Assembly (NCBI RefSeq): GCF_001194135.2
Contig: NC_069001.1
Coordinates: 26,165,435 to 26,212,825 of the forward strand
From: Octopus bimaculoides
Taxonomy: Eukaryota
Length of the DNA stretch: 47,391 nucleotides
Direction of reading: 5' to 3'
The notes under the pieces were generated by a model that saw nothing but the letters and a program-made list of their open reading frames with translations, searched no databases and was not told where the DNA came from. The first letter of the stretch is position 1; every line of letters starts with the position of its first letter. Shown here one piece after another: positions 24,496 through 36,009 of this stretch. The position numbers were made by a program, and so were the translations under genes.

Positions 24496-24945
24496 GCGTA
24501 GAGCTGACAGAATCATTCGCAAGCCGAACGAAATGCTTAACGGCATTTTGTCCTGAATTCAAATTCCGCCGAGGTTGATTTTGCCTTTCATTCTTTCAGG
24601 GTCGATAAATTTAGTAGCAATGAAACACTAGGTCGATGTAATTCACTAGATCCTTCCTCACAAATTTGAGACCCTGCACTTCCAGTAGGAAGTACTTTTA
24701 TTATTAATGTTATTATTATTAGTAGTTGTAGTCGTTGTAGTTGCAGCAGAATCGTTCGGACGCCGGACGAAATGCCCAACGGTATTTCGTGTGTCTGTAC
24801 GTTCTGAAATTATGCCTTGCGAGCTCGGCTTCTCCTTTTCTCCATTCGGGCTCAATAAAAGAAGTACCAGTTGTGTACCGGGGACAATGTTTATCGACTA
24901 GTCCCTTACCCCAAACTTGATGGTCTTCTTCCCAAATCTGAAAAG
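24029..24945 (+). mobile_element. Four degenerate SINE family A copies in tandem (about 24029-24237, 24270-24428, 24496-24695, 24743-24945), separated by (ATT/AAT)n tracts
   Basis: Each carries the GACGAAATGC..GGTATTTCG hairpin or the GTTCAAATTCC..GTCGA body. (ATT)n lies at 23960-24015, 24428-24495 and 24698-24720. Confidence 0.82.
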
Positions 24946-25654
24946 AATTGTAACTATAATTACGCAGCACCAATATGTATCAGAATTTGATTTTTTTGAT
25001 TTTTTGTCCGCAGTGTAGTCGTCCTTATACGGGTCTCTGATTATCATAGACACGTCAGTTTTTCCTTCCACTCATGATTCTATATCATAAATTATTTACT
25101 GTTGTGCTATACAGTAATGGCGAACCTTCACTTCTGCTAATGACGGTTCAGACCAAGAAACTTTCAATGTTGCCTCTATTGCTTGTTTTTCACAGAATAA
25201 TGTTAGACATCACCTTACATTTGTTGCAGTCACCGTAATTTTAGTTTAATGTTGTTATTTTTGAAAACATTGAAAATACTGAAGGCAGTATTTCATGCTA
25301 AAATATGCGGTGAACTCTCTTTTATAATTAAATTATCTGTTAATATCCGTTTCCTGGTCCTAGTCATTTTTTTTTTTATTACGAACATTCACATATAGCA
25401 TATAGCTTCAGGTATTTATTTGTTTTCCCATTTAGGAAGTTGAATGTTGCAGAAGAGAGAGAGAGAGTGAGTGAGTGACAGTAAGGGTATTTCAGATGGA
25501 GGTGAATGGCAGGGTGAAATGCTTAAATGTCATGTCTGATTCGAATTACCAAACACAAAAAGATTGCGTGTGTGGGTGAAAGAATTAAAATGCGAATAGA
25601 AACCAGTACACTGTGGAACAAATGTTGCGATGGCATGGTGTTGTACGACAAGAC

Positions 25655-26310
25655 ATGGAGTGAGTGCCCGTGTGGTAAGAAGGTGACGAGCTGGCAGAAT
25701 CGTTAGCAGGCCTGGCGAAATGCTTAGCGGTATTTCGTCTGCCGCTATGTTCTGAGTTCAAATTCCGCCGAGGTCGACTTTGCCTTTCATCCTTTCGGGG
25801 GTCGATAAATTAAATACCAGTTACGCACTGAGGTCGATAAATTAAATACCAGTTACGCACTGGAGTCGATATAATCGACTTCATCCGTTTGTCTGTCCTT
25901 GTTTGTCTCCTCTGTGTGTAGCTCCTTGTGGGCAGTAAAGAAATAAAAGCTTCCTTTCCAACCATGGTTCCGGGTTCAACACACTGCATGGGAAAATGTA
26001 TTCCACTGTAGCCTCGGGCCGATCAAAGACTTTGCAGTGGATTTGGTAGAGGGGAAACTGAAATAATTTCGCCGTTATATGTGTATGTGTATGTGTGTTT
26101 GTGTCTGTGTTCGTCCCCCATCGCCGTTTGACAAAATGTGTTGGTTTGTTTACATCCCCGTAACGTAGCTGTTCGGCAAAAGTGACCGATAGAATTAAGT
26201 GCCAAGCTTAGCAAAAAAAAAGTCCGGGGGGGGNNNNNNNNNNTTCCACTAAATTCTTCGAGGTGGTTCCCCGTCATACCCACAGTCTAATGAGTGAAAA
26301 AAGAATAAAA
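25655..26310 (+). mobile_element. SINE family C copy interrupted by a SINE A insertion
   Basis: The head ..GTGTGGTAAG is interrupted at 25678 and resumes AAGCTTCC..CCAACCATGGTTCCGGGTTCA at about 25948. The tail is ..CCACAGTCTAATGAGTGAAA. Confidence 0.8.
25679..25947 (+). mobile_element. SINE family A, full length, tail type 1, with an internal 32-bp duplication
   Basis: High identity to the 10827 and 38429 copies. Duplicated unit GTCGATAAATTAAATACCAGTTACGCACTG at 25801 and 25833. Confidence 0.93.
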
Positions 26311-26322
26311 GATATATATACA

Positions 26323-26706
26323 GGCGCAGGAGTGGCTGTGTGGTAAGTAACTTGCTTACCAACCACATGGTTCCGGGTTCAGTCCCATTGCGTGGCACCT
26401 TGAGCAACAGTCTTCTACTATAGCCTCGGGCCGACCAAAGCTTTGTGAGTGGATTTGGTAGACGGAAACTGAAAGAAGCCCGTCGTATATATATATATAT
26501 ATATAAGTGTGTGTGTGTGTTTATGTGTCTGTGTTTGTCCCCCAACATCGCTTGACAACCGATGCTGATGTGTTTACGTCCCCGTAACTTAGCGGTTCGG
26601 CAGAATAAGAACTAGGCTTACAAAGAATAAGTCCTGGGGTCGATTTGCTCGACTAAAGGCGGTACTCCAGCATGGCCGCAGTCAAATGACTGAAACAAGT
26701 AAAAAA
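26323..26706 (+). mobile_element. SINE family C, full length, with an internal (TA)n(TG)n tract
   Basis: A-box TGGCTGTGTGG, B-box GGTTCAGTCCC, internal microsatellite at 26486-26520, tail GGCGGTACTCCAGCATGGCCGCAGTCAAATGACTGAAACAAGTAAAA. Confidence 0.92.
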
Positions 26707-26711
26707 GTATA

Positions 26712-27755
26712 CGAGAAGTTAAAAATTATCCGCCCTTTCGCTATAACATATCTTTATTATTGTCACACTGCCTTCTGCCCATGCGTGCTTATAGTACTAT
26801 TGTAGCCACGTGATCAAAGTTTAGACCTGATCGTTCCATTTTTCTTTCTCGCTGTACAGTGTAAGTATGGCTGCTCCACTAGCAATGTGCACCAAGGGAG
26901 AACAAAAAGCAGAGATCCGATTTCTCTAGTCAGGGACAGTGCACTACCGGGTAGATATGTGCATGAGTGGATCGAGATGTTTAAAAGTGGCCGGACAAGC
27001 GTGACAACGAAGAGGGAGCAGGACGCTAGCCTACCTCCACCACTGAGAAGAAGATTCAGTAAGCTCGAGAGACGATAATGGTGAACCGCCGAGTCATCAT
27101 ACAGGAGGTATCTCGTTCTCTGCCGATTAGTAATGGCTCTGCCTATTAAATCATCCATGATGAGTTCGGCTTCTATAAAGACTGTGCAAGATCCCAATAA
27201 AGCTTACTGCTGAACAGAAACACAAACATCCTGAGGTCTGCTAACGTTTACTCAATCACAACAACAATGAAGGCGAGATACTTTTGAGCACAACAGTGAC
27301 AGGAAATGAAGCGTGGGTGCATCCGTATGAGGCAGAATCCAAAAGATTGAATATGGAATGGAAAAAATCAAGACAGTCTTCTGCGTGCAAGTTTATGCTA
27401 ACCCCTTATGGCGATTAAAGAGGGCCTGTGCTGGAAGACTACCTGGAAGAGTGCTGTACGATCACCAGTGCAAGATAAAAGTGCTTTGCTGACTAAAAAG
27501 CTGAAGCCAGCAATTTGCACCAAAAGCCGAAGCCTAGTATTGAAGGAATTGTTGCTGTTGCATGACCATGCACGCCAATACACGCCAGCCCAGACCATTA
27601 ACCAGTTGGGTTTTGAAGTGCTGGAACAGCCTGCCTACAGTCTAGCTCTCACCTCTACCGACTATCACACCTTTGGACTGCTCAAAAGTTAATTACGTGG
27701 TCGTCGATTTCCTACGGATGAAGATGTGAAGGGAAGGTGCATAAATGGTTGACCT
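26712..27755 (+). mobile_element. Mariner element with a pseudogenised transposase; 5' TIR present, 3' end truncated
   Basis: TA-CGAG start and ATG at 26867 (MAAPLAMCTKGEQ). Motifs YVHEWIEMFKSGRTSVT, TVTGNEAWVHPYEAESKRLNMEWK (VTGDETW), LLLHDHARQY (LLHDNARPH), QPAYSLALTSTDYHTF (HPPYSPDLAPSDYHLF) and LRGRRFPTDEDVK. Confidence 0.93.
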
Positions 27756-28555
27756 CGGTGATCATATTCCCTTCTCTCGTCTACCCAATGAAATACATAT
27801 AAATTTACTTATTGTTTCTCTAAGAACAGACATAAACTTCCTGTTGACAAAGAGTTCAGAACTCCAACTAAAGAGTATAAAACCCACAGAATTGTCTTCC
27901 CTTACCCACACTTCCTGTTTTGACACCACACTTCCTGTTTAACACAAACTTTCAGCCTTTTTTAAACACAACACTAATCTTAATCACATGCATCCTAATC
28001 TTTCTAAACAATTATCCGCATGGATTACCATTGAACTTTACAAGCTCAAAGACAATATAATGTATTGGTATTTCTATTTTTTCTATATTTTTTTTATATT
28101 TCTGTAAAAAACATTATTTTCATNNNNNNNNNNNNNNNNNNNNNNNNNNNNNNNNNNNNNNNNNNNNNNNNNNNNNNNNNNNNNNNNNNNNNNNNNNNNN
28201 NNNNNNNNNNNNNNNNNNNNNNNNNNNNNNNNNNNNNNNNNNNNNNNNNNNNNNNNNNNNNNNNNNNNNNNNNNNNNNNNNNNNNNNNNNNNNNNNNNNN
28301 NNNNNNNNNNNNNNNNNNNNNNNNNNNNNNNNNNNNNNNNNNNNNNNNNNNNNNNNNNNATATATATATATAGCCACCTACACTTTTCTCTGCAAAATAG
28401 GGGTAGTTTATCCTCTTCAAGCTATATTATTAACATTATTCTGCGATTGAGAATTTAAAATCACTTCTTTAACTTTCTAAGATATCTCAACGCTTCAAAA
28501 AAAAGAAAAAAGCAAACTTTGTTTATTTACGTTTGTCGTAATTTGAATTTAATAG

Positions 28556-28619
<64 letters not shown>

Positions 28620-29477
28620 AGTAAATATCAGAGCAAGAAGAATATTTGTTGTTTCTATAACATCGAAGACTACATTATGGTTCATAAAATATTTGGCAAT
28701 ATTCACTGCGTTTGTATATTAGAGTCTCTGTTATAAACTAATCTTTTGCTAAAGGGACTACAAACGGTGACATGGCTTGGATAAATTTTTAGCAGTCACT
28801 TTTAAATAGTTCATGATTACGCAGCACTTTTGAAGCAAGCAACGACGACAGCTACTTATTTATTTTCTTCCTTGTCCATTATTTGGTCAACCATAGAATA
28901 TTAGCTCTATACTATTAATTGTCTTCTCCTATATCACTGGCTGACTAAAAGGACCCTGTTGTGTGTGTGTGTTTATATGTATGTATGCAAGTCTGTGTCT
29001 CTAGATGTATGTATGTATATATATGTATGTATATAACAGATATTTTATAGATAGCATTATCTCTATATAAGGGCACATCGAAGCGCTTAGTGTATTTGAA
29101 AAATAGGAGAAAAAATGAAGAGTGACAAAAGATAGGTCACCAGAATATATTTCATTGTGAAATCATTATATACACCAAATCATGTGGTAAAAATATTTAG
29201 TTATATAAACACACTCAAAATATATTAAAAATATAATAAGAATATATAGATATAAATATATATAAACATGTTAAGAATATATTACGAATGTACAAAAATA
29301 TAGTCCTACTTTCTTTCTAAAAGCGATATGTATCTAAGTATGTCAATATGGGTGTATGACTTAAGGATAAGAGGGCAATAGAAAATTTTCCGAGAATTAA
29401 AAGAGAAACAGAATTACTGGTTAGGTTTGTTGTGCAACAACAGGTTAATGTGATGCCCCAGCAAGGCCGCTGCTAAA

Positions 29478-30095
29478 CCCTTTTGATACCAACTTACCTG
29501 AGAATGTCTAATTCTGCGGTACAAACTTCTTGGTTTAAAGTAATCTAAATTAAAGCCTTCTATCAAAATGTCATGTTACTCTATGCTCCAATGAGTGGAG
29601 GCGCAATGGCCCAGTGGTTAGGGCAGCGGACTCGTGGTTATAGGATCGCGGTTTCGATTCCCAGACCGGGTGTTGTGAGTATTTATTGAGCGAAAACACC
29701 TAAAAAGCTCCACGAGGCTCCGGCAGGGGTGGTGGCGAACCCTGCTGTACTCTTTCACCACAACTTTCTCTCACTCTTACTTCCTGTTTCTGTTGTGCCT
29801 GTAATTCAATGAGTCAGCCTTGCAACACTGTGTCACGCTGAATATCCCCGAGAACTACGTTACGGGTACACGTGTCTGTGGAGTGCTCAGCCACCTCCAC
29901 GTTAATTTCACGAGCAGGCTATTCCGTTGATCGGATCAACTGGAACTCTCGACGTCGTAAGCGACGAAGTGCCAACAACAATATGCTCCAACGAGCAGCT
30001 TAATAATGACAAAGATTTTATTTTTTAAATTCTTCATTTTCAAATTAATTGAAAAAAAGGCAGTGCATTACTACAGAAATATGGCAAATAAAGGG
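29478..30095. mobile_element. Non-autonomous DNA transposon (CCCT..AGGG ends, TTAA-like 4-bp target; piggyBac-like), about 220 bp once the inserted SINE is removed
   Basis: Flanks TAAA and TCAA. Imperfect TIRs CCCTTTTGATACCA and (rc) CCCTTTATTTGCCA. Confidence 0.6.
29596..29981 (+). mobile_element. SINE family B, full length, with a 14-bp target-site duplication
   Basis: TSD TATGCTCCAATGAG (29582-95) and TATGCTCCAACGAG (29982-95). A-box TGGCCCAGTGG, B-box GGTTTCGATTCCC, (CAA)n-type tail. Confidence 0.95.
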
Positions 30096-30782
30096 TCAAT
30101 GACTGAAACAAGCAAACGGTAGAAGATAAATGATATGCATATATGTTTCATATTCATTGCGTTTTAAATCGTTATTCATTAATTCTGCTTCTGAAATTAT
30201 TGGAAATAATCAAATCAACATTTTACAATCGATTTATCTGCTATAAAATCTATAAGTAACCCACATCAAACTTATAACATCATGATGGATCAGTCATGCT
30301 CTTAATGACAAGGTGTATATGTGATATATTAACTGGTGAAGACTTAATTTAAACAAGCGAATGAGCACCAGTACCAGTTATTTACAGAGGGTAAACTTTA
30401 TCGACCATAAACCCACTGAACAAAGATGTGGACCCTTGCCAATGTGATAAATCGTTATTATTGCTGTAAGAAGTCATTTCTCTCTACCGGTGTTTACAGA
30501 ACGTACCGTTTTAAGTCTGGCACTATTTCGACTAATTGGCACACACACACACACACACACATAGATTACATACACATGCTAAAGCATACACAAACATTCA
30601 TACATATTTGTGCGTACATACTTGCACATTTGCTCATACATATAGTAGAGTCCGTGTTTAAGCATATATATATCTGTGTTTCTCTCTATATATCTGTATA
30701 TGTCAGTATGCTAGTGTGAGTGTCAGCGCATTTGTAATCAAATATCTTGTTATCTACCTCCACTCTTGTATTTCCTCTTCAG

Positions 30783-30822
30783 ATTGAAAACGGATGTTAC
30801 GACGCCCTAAGAATTTCGCTAG
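30783..30822 (+). other. Candidate 40-nt internal exon (IENGCYDALRISL, ending in phase 1)
   Basis: Pyrimidine-rich acceptor CTCTTGTATTTCCTCTTCAG, one open frame, weak donor AG|GTAGGA. No homology was recognised. Confidence 0.2.
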
Positions 30823-31355
30823 GTAGGAAAGCTAAATAATATACGAATTTTACCATTTTCATTTTAGCATTTTGTCTTTTTTTTTCTTCTTCCTATTTTT
30901 CTTGGTGTGTTTATTAGTTCGTCTATTTCTTTATTTTAGTTTATTTCTTCATGTTTTCTTTTTTCCTTCTTGTTATTTAGATATTAGCTACTACGATGGA
31001 ATATTTCAATAGTAACTTGGCGAGAGTTTTGTTTTACATTATGCTTCTTTTTCTTGTTTTTTTTTTTTTTTCATTTCCCTCAACGTGAAATATTATTCCG
31101 TCCGTACTCATAATTGCATCCTTTATCTCCACTGCGCCATCTCAACTCCTTCCCCTCCTCCCTAACCCTCACCTCATACGCTCTCTCTGTCTATCTTTCT
31201 CTTTTTCTCACTTTCTCTCTGTCTCTCCTACATATCTCTCTCTCATATATATATANNNNNNNNNNNNNNNNNNNNNNNNNNNNNNNNNNNNNNNNNNNNN
31301 NNNNNNNNNNNNNNNNNNNNNNNNNNNNNNNNNNNNNNNNNNNNNNNNNNNNNNN

Positions 31356-31390
<35 letters not shown>

Positions 31391-31590
31391 GCAGTAGCAG
31401 TAGAGTGACAACCAGAGCCGAGAGGTTCATGCGCTGACATTTGTCAAATTAGTTTACGGCACTATGATAAATGCCAACTAGAATAACTCTCGACCCATGA
31501 GTTATGCTCTTGCTTTTACTAAATATTAATGAAATTATAAATATACTCATATTGTGAGTTCTGGGTTGTTTTCTGTTTACTTCACCATAG

Positions 31591-31627
<37 letters not shown>

Positions 31628-31749
31628 ATTTCAAGTATGTCATGTCCTCATTAGGGATTAATAAATCCAAAATTTCACTCGCTTAATCTCTGATGGAGAG
31701 TAAACAAGTAAAATTGTCGATTTATTAGAAGAAAATCTCCACGATTAAT

Positions 31750-31933
31750 GGCGAAATGCTTAGCGGTATCTCGTCTGTCTTTACGTTCTGATTTCAAATT
31801 CCGCCGAGTTCGATTTTGCCTTTCATCCTTTGGGGATCGATAAATTAAGCACCAGTTGTGTACTGGGATCGGTCTAATCGACTGGCATCCGTCCCCAAAA
31901 TTTCGGACCTTGTGCCTAGAGTAGAAACGATTA
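31750..31933 (+). mobile_element. SINE family A, 5'-truncated, tail type 2
   Basis: Homologous to the other A copies. Confidence 0.88.
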
Positions 31934-32789
31934 TAATTATTGTTAATAAGGTAAGGAAATGGAAGAGTTGAGGACGTATATGTAATTTATTTGTATCATA
32001 GTTTGAGGTTAAAATTGAAATACGAATATTTTTTTAAAAACTACAAAAGAAATTACTTATGTTTCAATTAGTAATGCATCGTTCGAGGTATTTGGGTCAA
32101 ATCCAGTTGCTTTCATTTTGAACTGCATGGGGCAGAATCTCTTCTGGATTGTTGCTTTTTTTTCTTTTTTTATAAAACGGTTACATATTTGTAGAAGGGA
32201 TTCAAATCAGAAACTGAAGAAGTTTAAAAAGTTATATCTTATATATTATGGGTTATATCTTTCATATTTATATATGTTATATATTGTATATTAGCAAAGG
32301 TTGTAATTCAAGTAAGTAAAAATAAAGATAAAATAAATTTTAAAATATGTAAATAATAAAAAATAATGTATGTAAGGGAAAATAATTATGTAATAAAAAA
32401 AATTAATTAAAAATAGATATAAAACAAACAATAACAAATAAACCGTTATGACTATAATTTGTATTGGCTTAGTAATAGATACAAGTAAATATTCTTGTGT
32501 TCGTGGTCGTCAAATCATATCAAGTCAAAATTTAATCGTTTATATATATGTTAGTATTGACTGAAGTTTGAATTCTCTAGCCACTAAGAGATGTATGTAT
32601 CAAGTTAATGTATACGAACATAGACCGCTATACAATTAGCGTATATATTTTCCTATATATATCTTCTGTTTAAGCCTCTGTAAAATATACTTACGTTGTA
32701 ATATAGTTGCATATAATTCTAGGTAACTGGAACGATACTGTCAATACTGTAAGAAACAGTTAAGGGATAAACTGGAAAATGGTCATTAG

Positions 32790-33215
32790 TTATGTGGATG
32801 TGCTTGAGGGGAGTGGCAGTAGAAGAATAGAGTCAATGATTCTGCAAAGATATTTATATTGGCGGGGGACATCTGGTACGGATGTATGAGAGACTGCCCA
32901 AGCAGCTATTGTATGGTGGGCTGGTAGACGGCAGGAGACCAGCGCATCTGCCTCGTTTAAGGATTGCCTTTAAAATGCTCTAATATAGACAGGACAGTGA
33001 TTGGGAAAGGGAGGCACAAGACGGGGATGGCTGGGGGAGGATCGTGCATAATGGTTGTTTGGGGTTTGAAAGGGAGAGAGTGAAGAATGAGAGAATTAGG
33101 AAGGGGCTTCGAAGAAGAGAACCTGTGGACAATGGGGCTTGTTGCCTTTCGTGTGTGCGATTTGTTGAGAGGTGTTTGAGTCGTGCAGGCCTGGTCAGCT
33201 ATCAAAAACTGACAG
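32790..33215 (+). mobile_element. RTE (BovB-like) LINE 3'-end remnant
   Basis: Reads VLEGSGSRRIESMILQRYLYW..HLVRMYERLPKQLLYGGLVDGRR, then WEREAQDGDGWGRIVHNGCLGFE..CLSCVRFVERCLSRAGLVSYQK. This matches the RTE motifs LRWAGHxVRM, RLPKQLxYGEL, WExLAxDRxxWR and CxxCxRxCxSRIGLxSH. Confidence 0.85.
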
Positions 33216-34077
33216 GAATCGACCCATTATATACAATGATGTGGCTATTACAATTCACAACATAACATATATAAAATGCGGTAGGGTGGGCCTCTCAGTT
33301 CGAGGTCCGAAAAGACATGTGAAGAGAGTGCATACGGTGGCACTTCTTTCTCCTGCCAGCCAGCACAGCTGTAATAAAATTTGTAAAACTTTGGCGAGGC
33401 GTACAAGTCATATGAGGGCATCACATGGCATCAATAATGAATCATTTCAGAAAGTCTTTTTGGCAATGACTTTTCTCGTGTAACGAGGGTGCAGCTATAT
33501 CATATGTGTGTGCGTGTGTGTATATATAATTATACACGCCAAAAAGAAGCACATTACGACGTAATGGTGAAATGCGTCTGCTATATGAGGAATCATTGTG
33601 TCTTAAGACACAGCACACTTCTAAAATGTTGGAAAGGTGGATCAGTTATAGGACTAAAAGTGTTGGTTATTGTTATTTCTATCTTTTGTTTAATCTTGTC
33701 TTTTCCTATATTTTTTGTTACCTTTCATTATTAGTTTCTAATTAAATTAAGAATGTTAACTTCTTTTAAGAAAATGATCAATAATGGAATCCTATCATCA
33801 GCACCGGCATTCAATGATGCTGCTGTTCGTTGCCACTTTTATCTTTTAACAGTAACAATCGAATCAATCAAAGTCCACCACCTACCGTCTCAGTTCGGTC
33901 AATGATACACTGGATGGTATTATTCAAAGTAAAGCAATGACTTCTTAAAACAGGATGGTCATAATTTAAATTTGTTTGATCTTAGATTTAGTATATCGGA
34001 GAAAATGTAAATGTAACAGACCACTATACAAGCGTTGTTGTAATTATCAGAAACATGATTCATATCATTGATGGTAT

Positions 34078-34080
34078 CGA

Positions 34081-34123
<43 letters not shown>

Positions 34124-34329
34124 GCCATGCCATCCAAGTTCCCCTGGGGTAGAAATATACGAAGCCCAATATGCACATCATGACTACACGTCTGATAAGG
34201 GTACACCATGCACATACATCACAACCATATGTCCGTGACATGGTGACCTCATATCAAAATAAACATTGCATGTCCTTGCAAATGAGGTTGTTACAATTTT
34301 ATTTAGGTTGGGTAGCCCGTCCCGCACAA

Positions 34330-34379
<50 letters not shown>

Positions 34380-34383
34380 GTTA
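34078..34383. repeat. Two (ATT)n tracts flanking a GC-richer segment of about 200 bp, probably an unclassified interspersed repeat
   Basis: The (ATT)n tracts are seen directly. The repeat status of the middle segment is from recollection only; there is no second copy in this window. Confidence 0.4.
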
Positions 34384-34553
34384 TAACAGTTATCAAGGGT
34401 GCTTTTTAGAGGTTTCATAACCGCACGTATTTTAAAATCTAAAGAACTTTACATAGAATTCTTGCGGTATGCAACATTGCACTTTCTCGTTTTACTGTAT
34501 TTCTTTCGGTTATCGAATTCCTGAATCAAAATGCTAGGGAGGTCAATTACGTG

Positions 34554-34596
<43 letters not shown>

Positions 34597-35407
34597 TTTG
34601 TTCTTAGCACGATAACATAAATTACTGACCATGTATTGAAGTATGTGTCTTTATCTATTTTAGAAAGGCTTATAATTATTTAAATATTTAAATTTGTTTT
34701 CATGTAATAAATTTTAAAACTAAACATAGAACAGCTAAATCAGTCGCTCTAATATTACAGAAGAATATCCTTTCTACTGTTATTTATTCATTTATTCATT
34801 TGTTTATTCTATTTGTTTACTTCCAAAGGTTTGACTGATTAAATTTGAGGTGTCGATAGAGATGCTAATTGAATATCAATCATCGATGTGCCTCTAATAA
34901 TTTATATTCATTTCAAAGTGGCCGATTCGTTTAAAGCCCATTTACTGGTATAATGGTGTCCACTTTGCTATCTGGGGTTGCTTTTGCCTCTTACAATATT
35001 AATCAGAGCTTTACGAAAACAATAACTAACTCCCATTAAAATATATTAAAAATAGCAGTAACACTAACACTGAAAAAATTTTAAAACTAAACATAGAATT
35101 ACGACAAAAGGGACCACAATACAGGTTCGAAAAATAGCTATTAAAAACAATTTATTGCAAGTTAAAATGCGATACAACGGTGTTTAAAAGTTATGTGTGA
35201 AATTCCATTCGATGAATGGAAGCGGTGTATTTCATTCTTTTAGTTTTTCGGTTTTCAATGCTAAAGTTGTTCACAAGCACTGATTATCCTTTTAAACATG
35301 AATACTTTTTTTTAAACTTACGCCAGTTTCCATAGTCCTGCAGTCCAATACCAATTAAAACTATTTTCATTATTGTTGTTGATGTTATTATTATTACTAT
35401 TATCATC

Positions 35408-35535
35408 AAGGCGGTGAGTTGGCAGAATCGGTAGCACGCTGGAAAAACTGCTTAGCCGCATCTATCCGTTTTTATGTTCTGAGATCAAATTCCGCTGCAG
35501 TCAGCGGAATCCCCTGCGGAATAGTAGAAAGGGTT
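35408..35535 (+). mobile_element. Degenerate, internally deleted SINE family A
   Basis: AAGGCGGTGAGTTGGCAGAATCGGTAGCACG..TTCTGAGATCAAATTCCG head and GTAGAAAGGG(TTA)n tail. Confidence 0.75.
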
Positions 35536-36009
35536 ATTATTATTATTAGCAGGACCCATTAGTATATCACGGAATTGATGGTAAACTTATTCGAATACGA
35601 TGATTACATAATGCAATTTATATATACACTTTATATATAGCCTTTATATACTTTAGGCACAACTCGATAGACTTAATACACCACTTTCCATTCATTTTCT
35701 TTCGTAACCACGTATTTGCAATTTCTCGCTTGAGATACTGATGTATCTCTTTGTCTCCCTTTTTTTATTCCAATATTAGTATTCTCAGACATTGCAATAT
35801 CAATTATTTCACTTCTTTTGCATTCAAAACAATAGTAGTAGAAGTTCGTTGGGTGGATTAGTCATGTAATGCAGAAGCTGATCCTTGTCACTAAATTGTC
35901 ATAGTGATTTGGGTCAGATAATTAACTCAAAAGTACATATACCTCACTTCGGCGTTGATAGTGCACTTAATGAAAGCTCATCGTTAAAGCTATAAGAGAT
36001 CGTAAACAT

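Larger units (their letters stand above)
29405..30115 (+). mobile_element. SINE family C 3' tail split by a later MITE insertion
   Basis: ..GATGCCCCAGCAAGGCCGCTGC (ends 29473) rejoins TCAATGACTGAAACAAGCAAA (from 30096) to give the family C tail. Confidence 0.7.
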
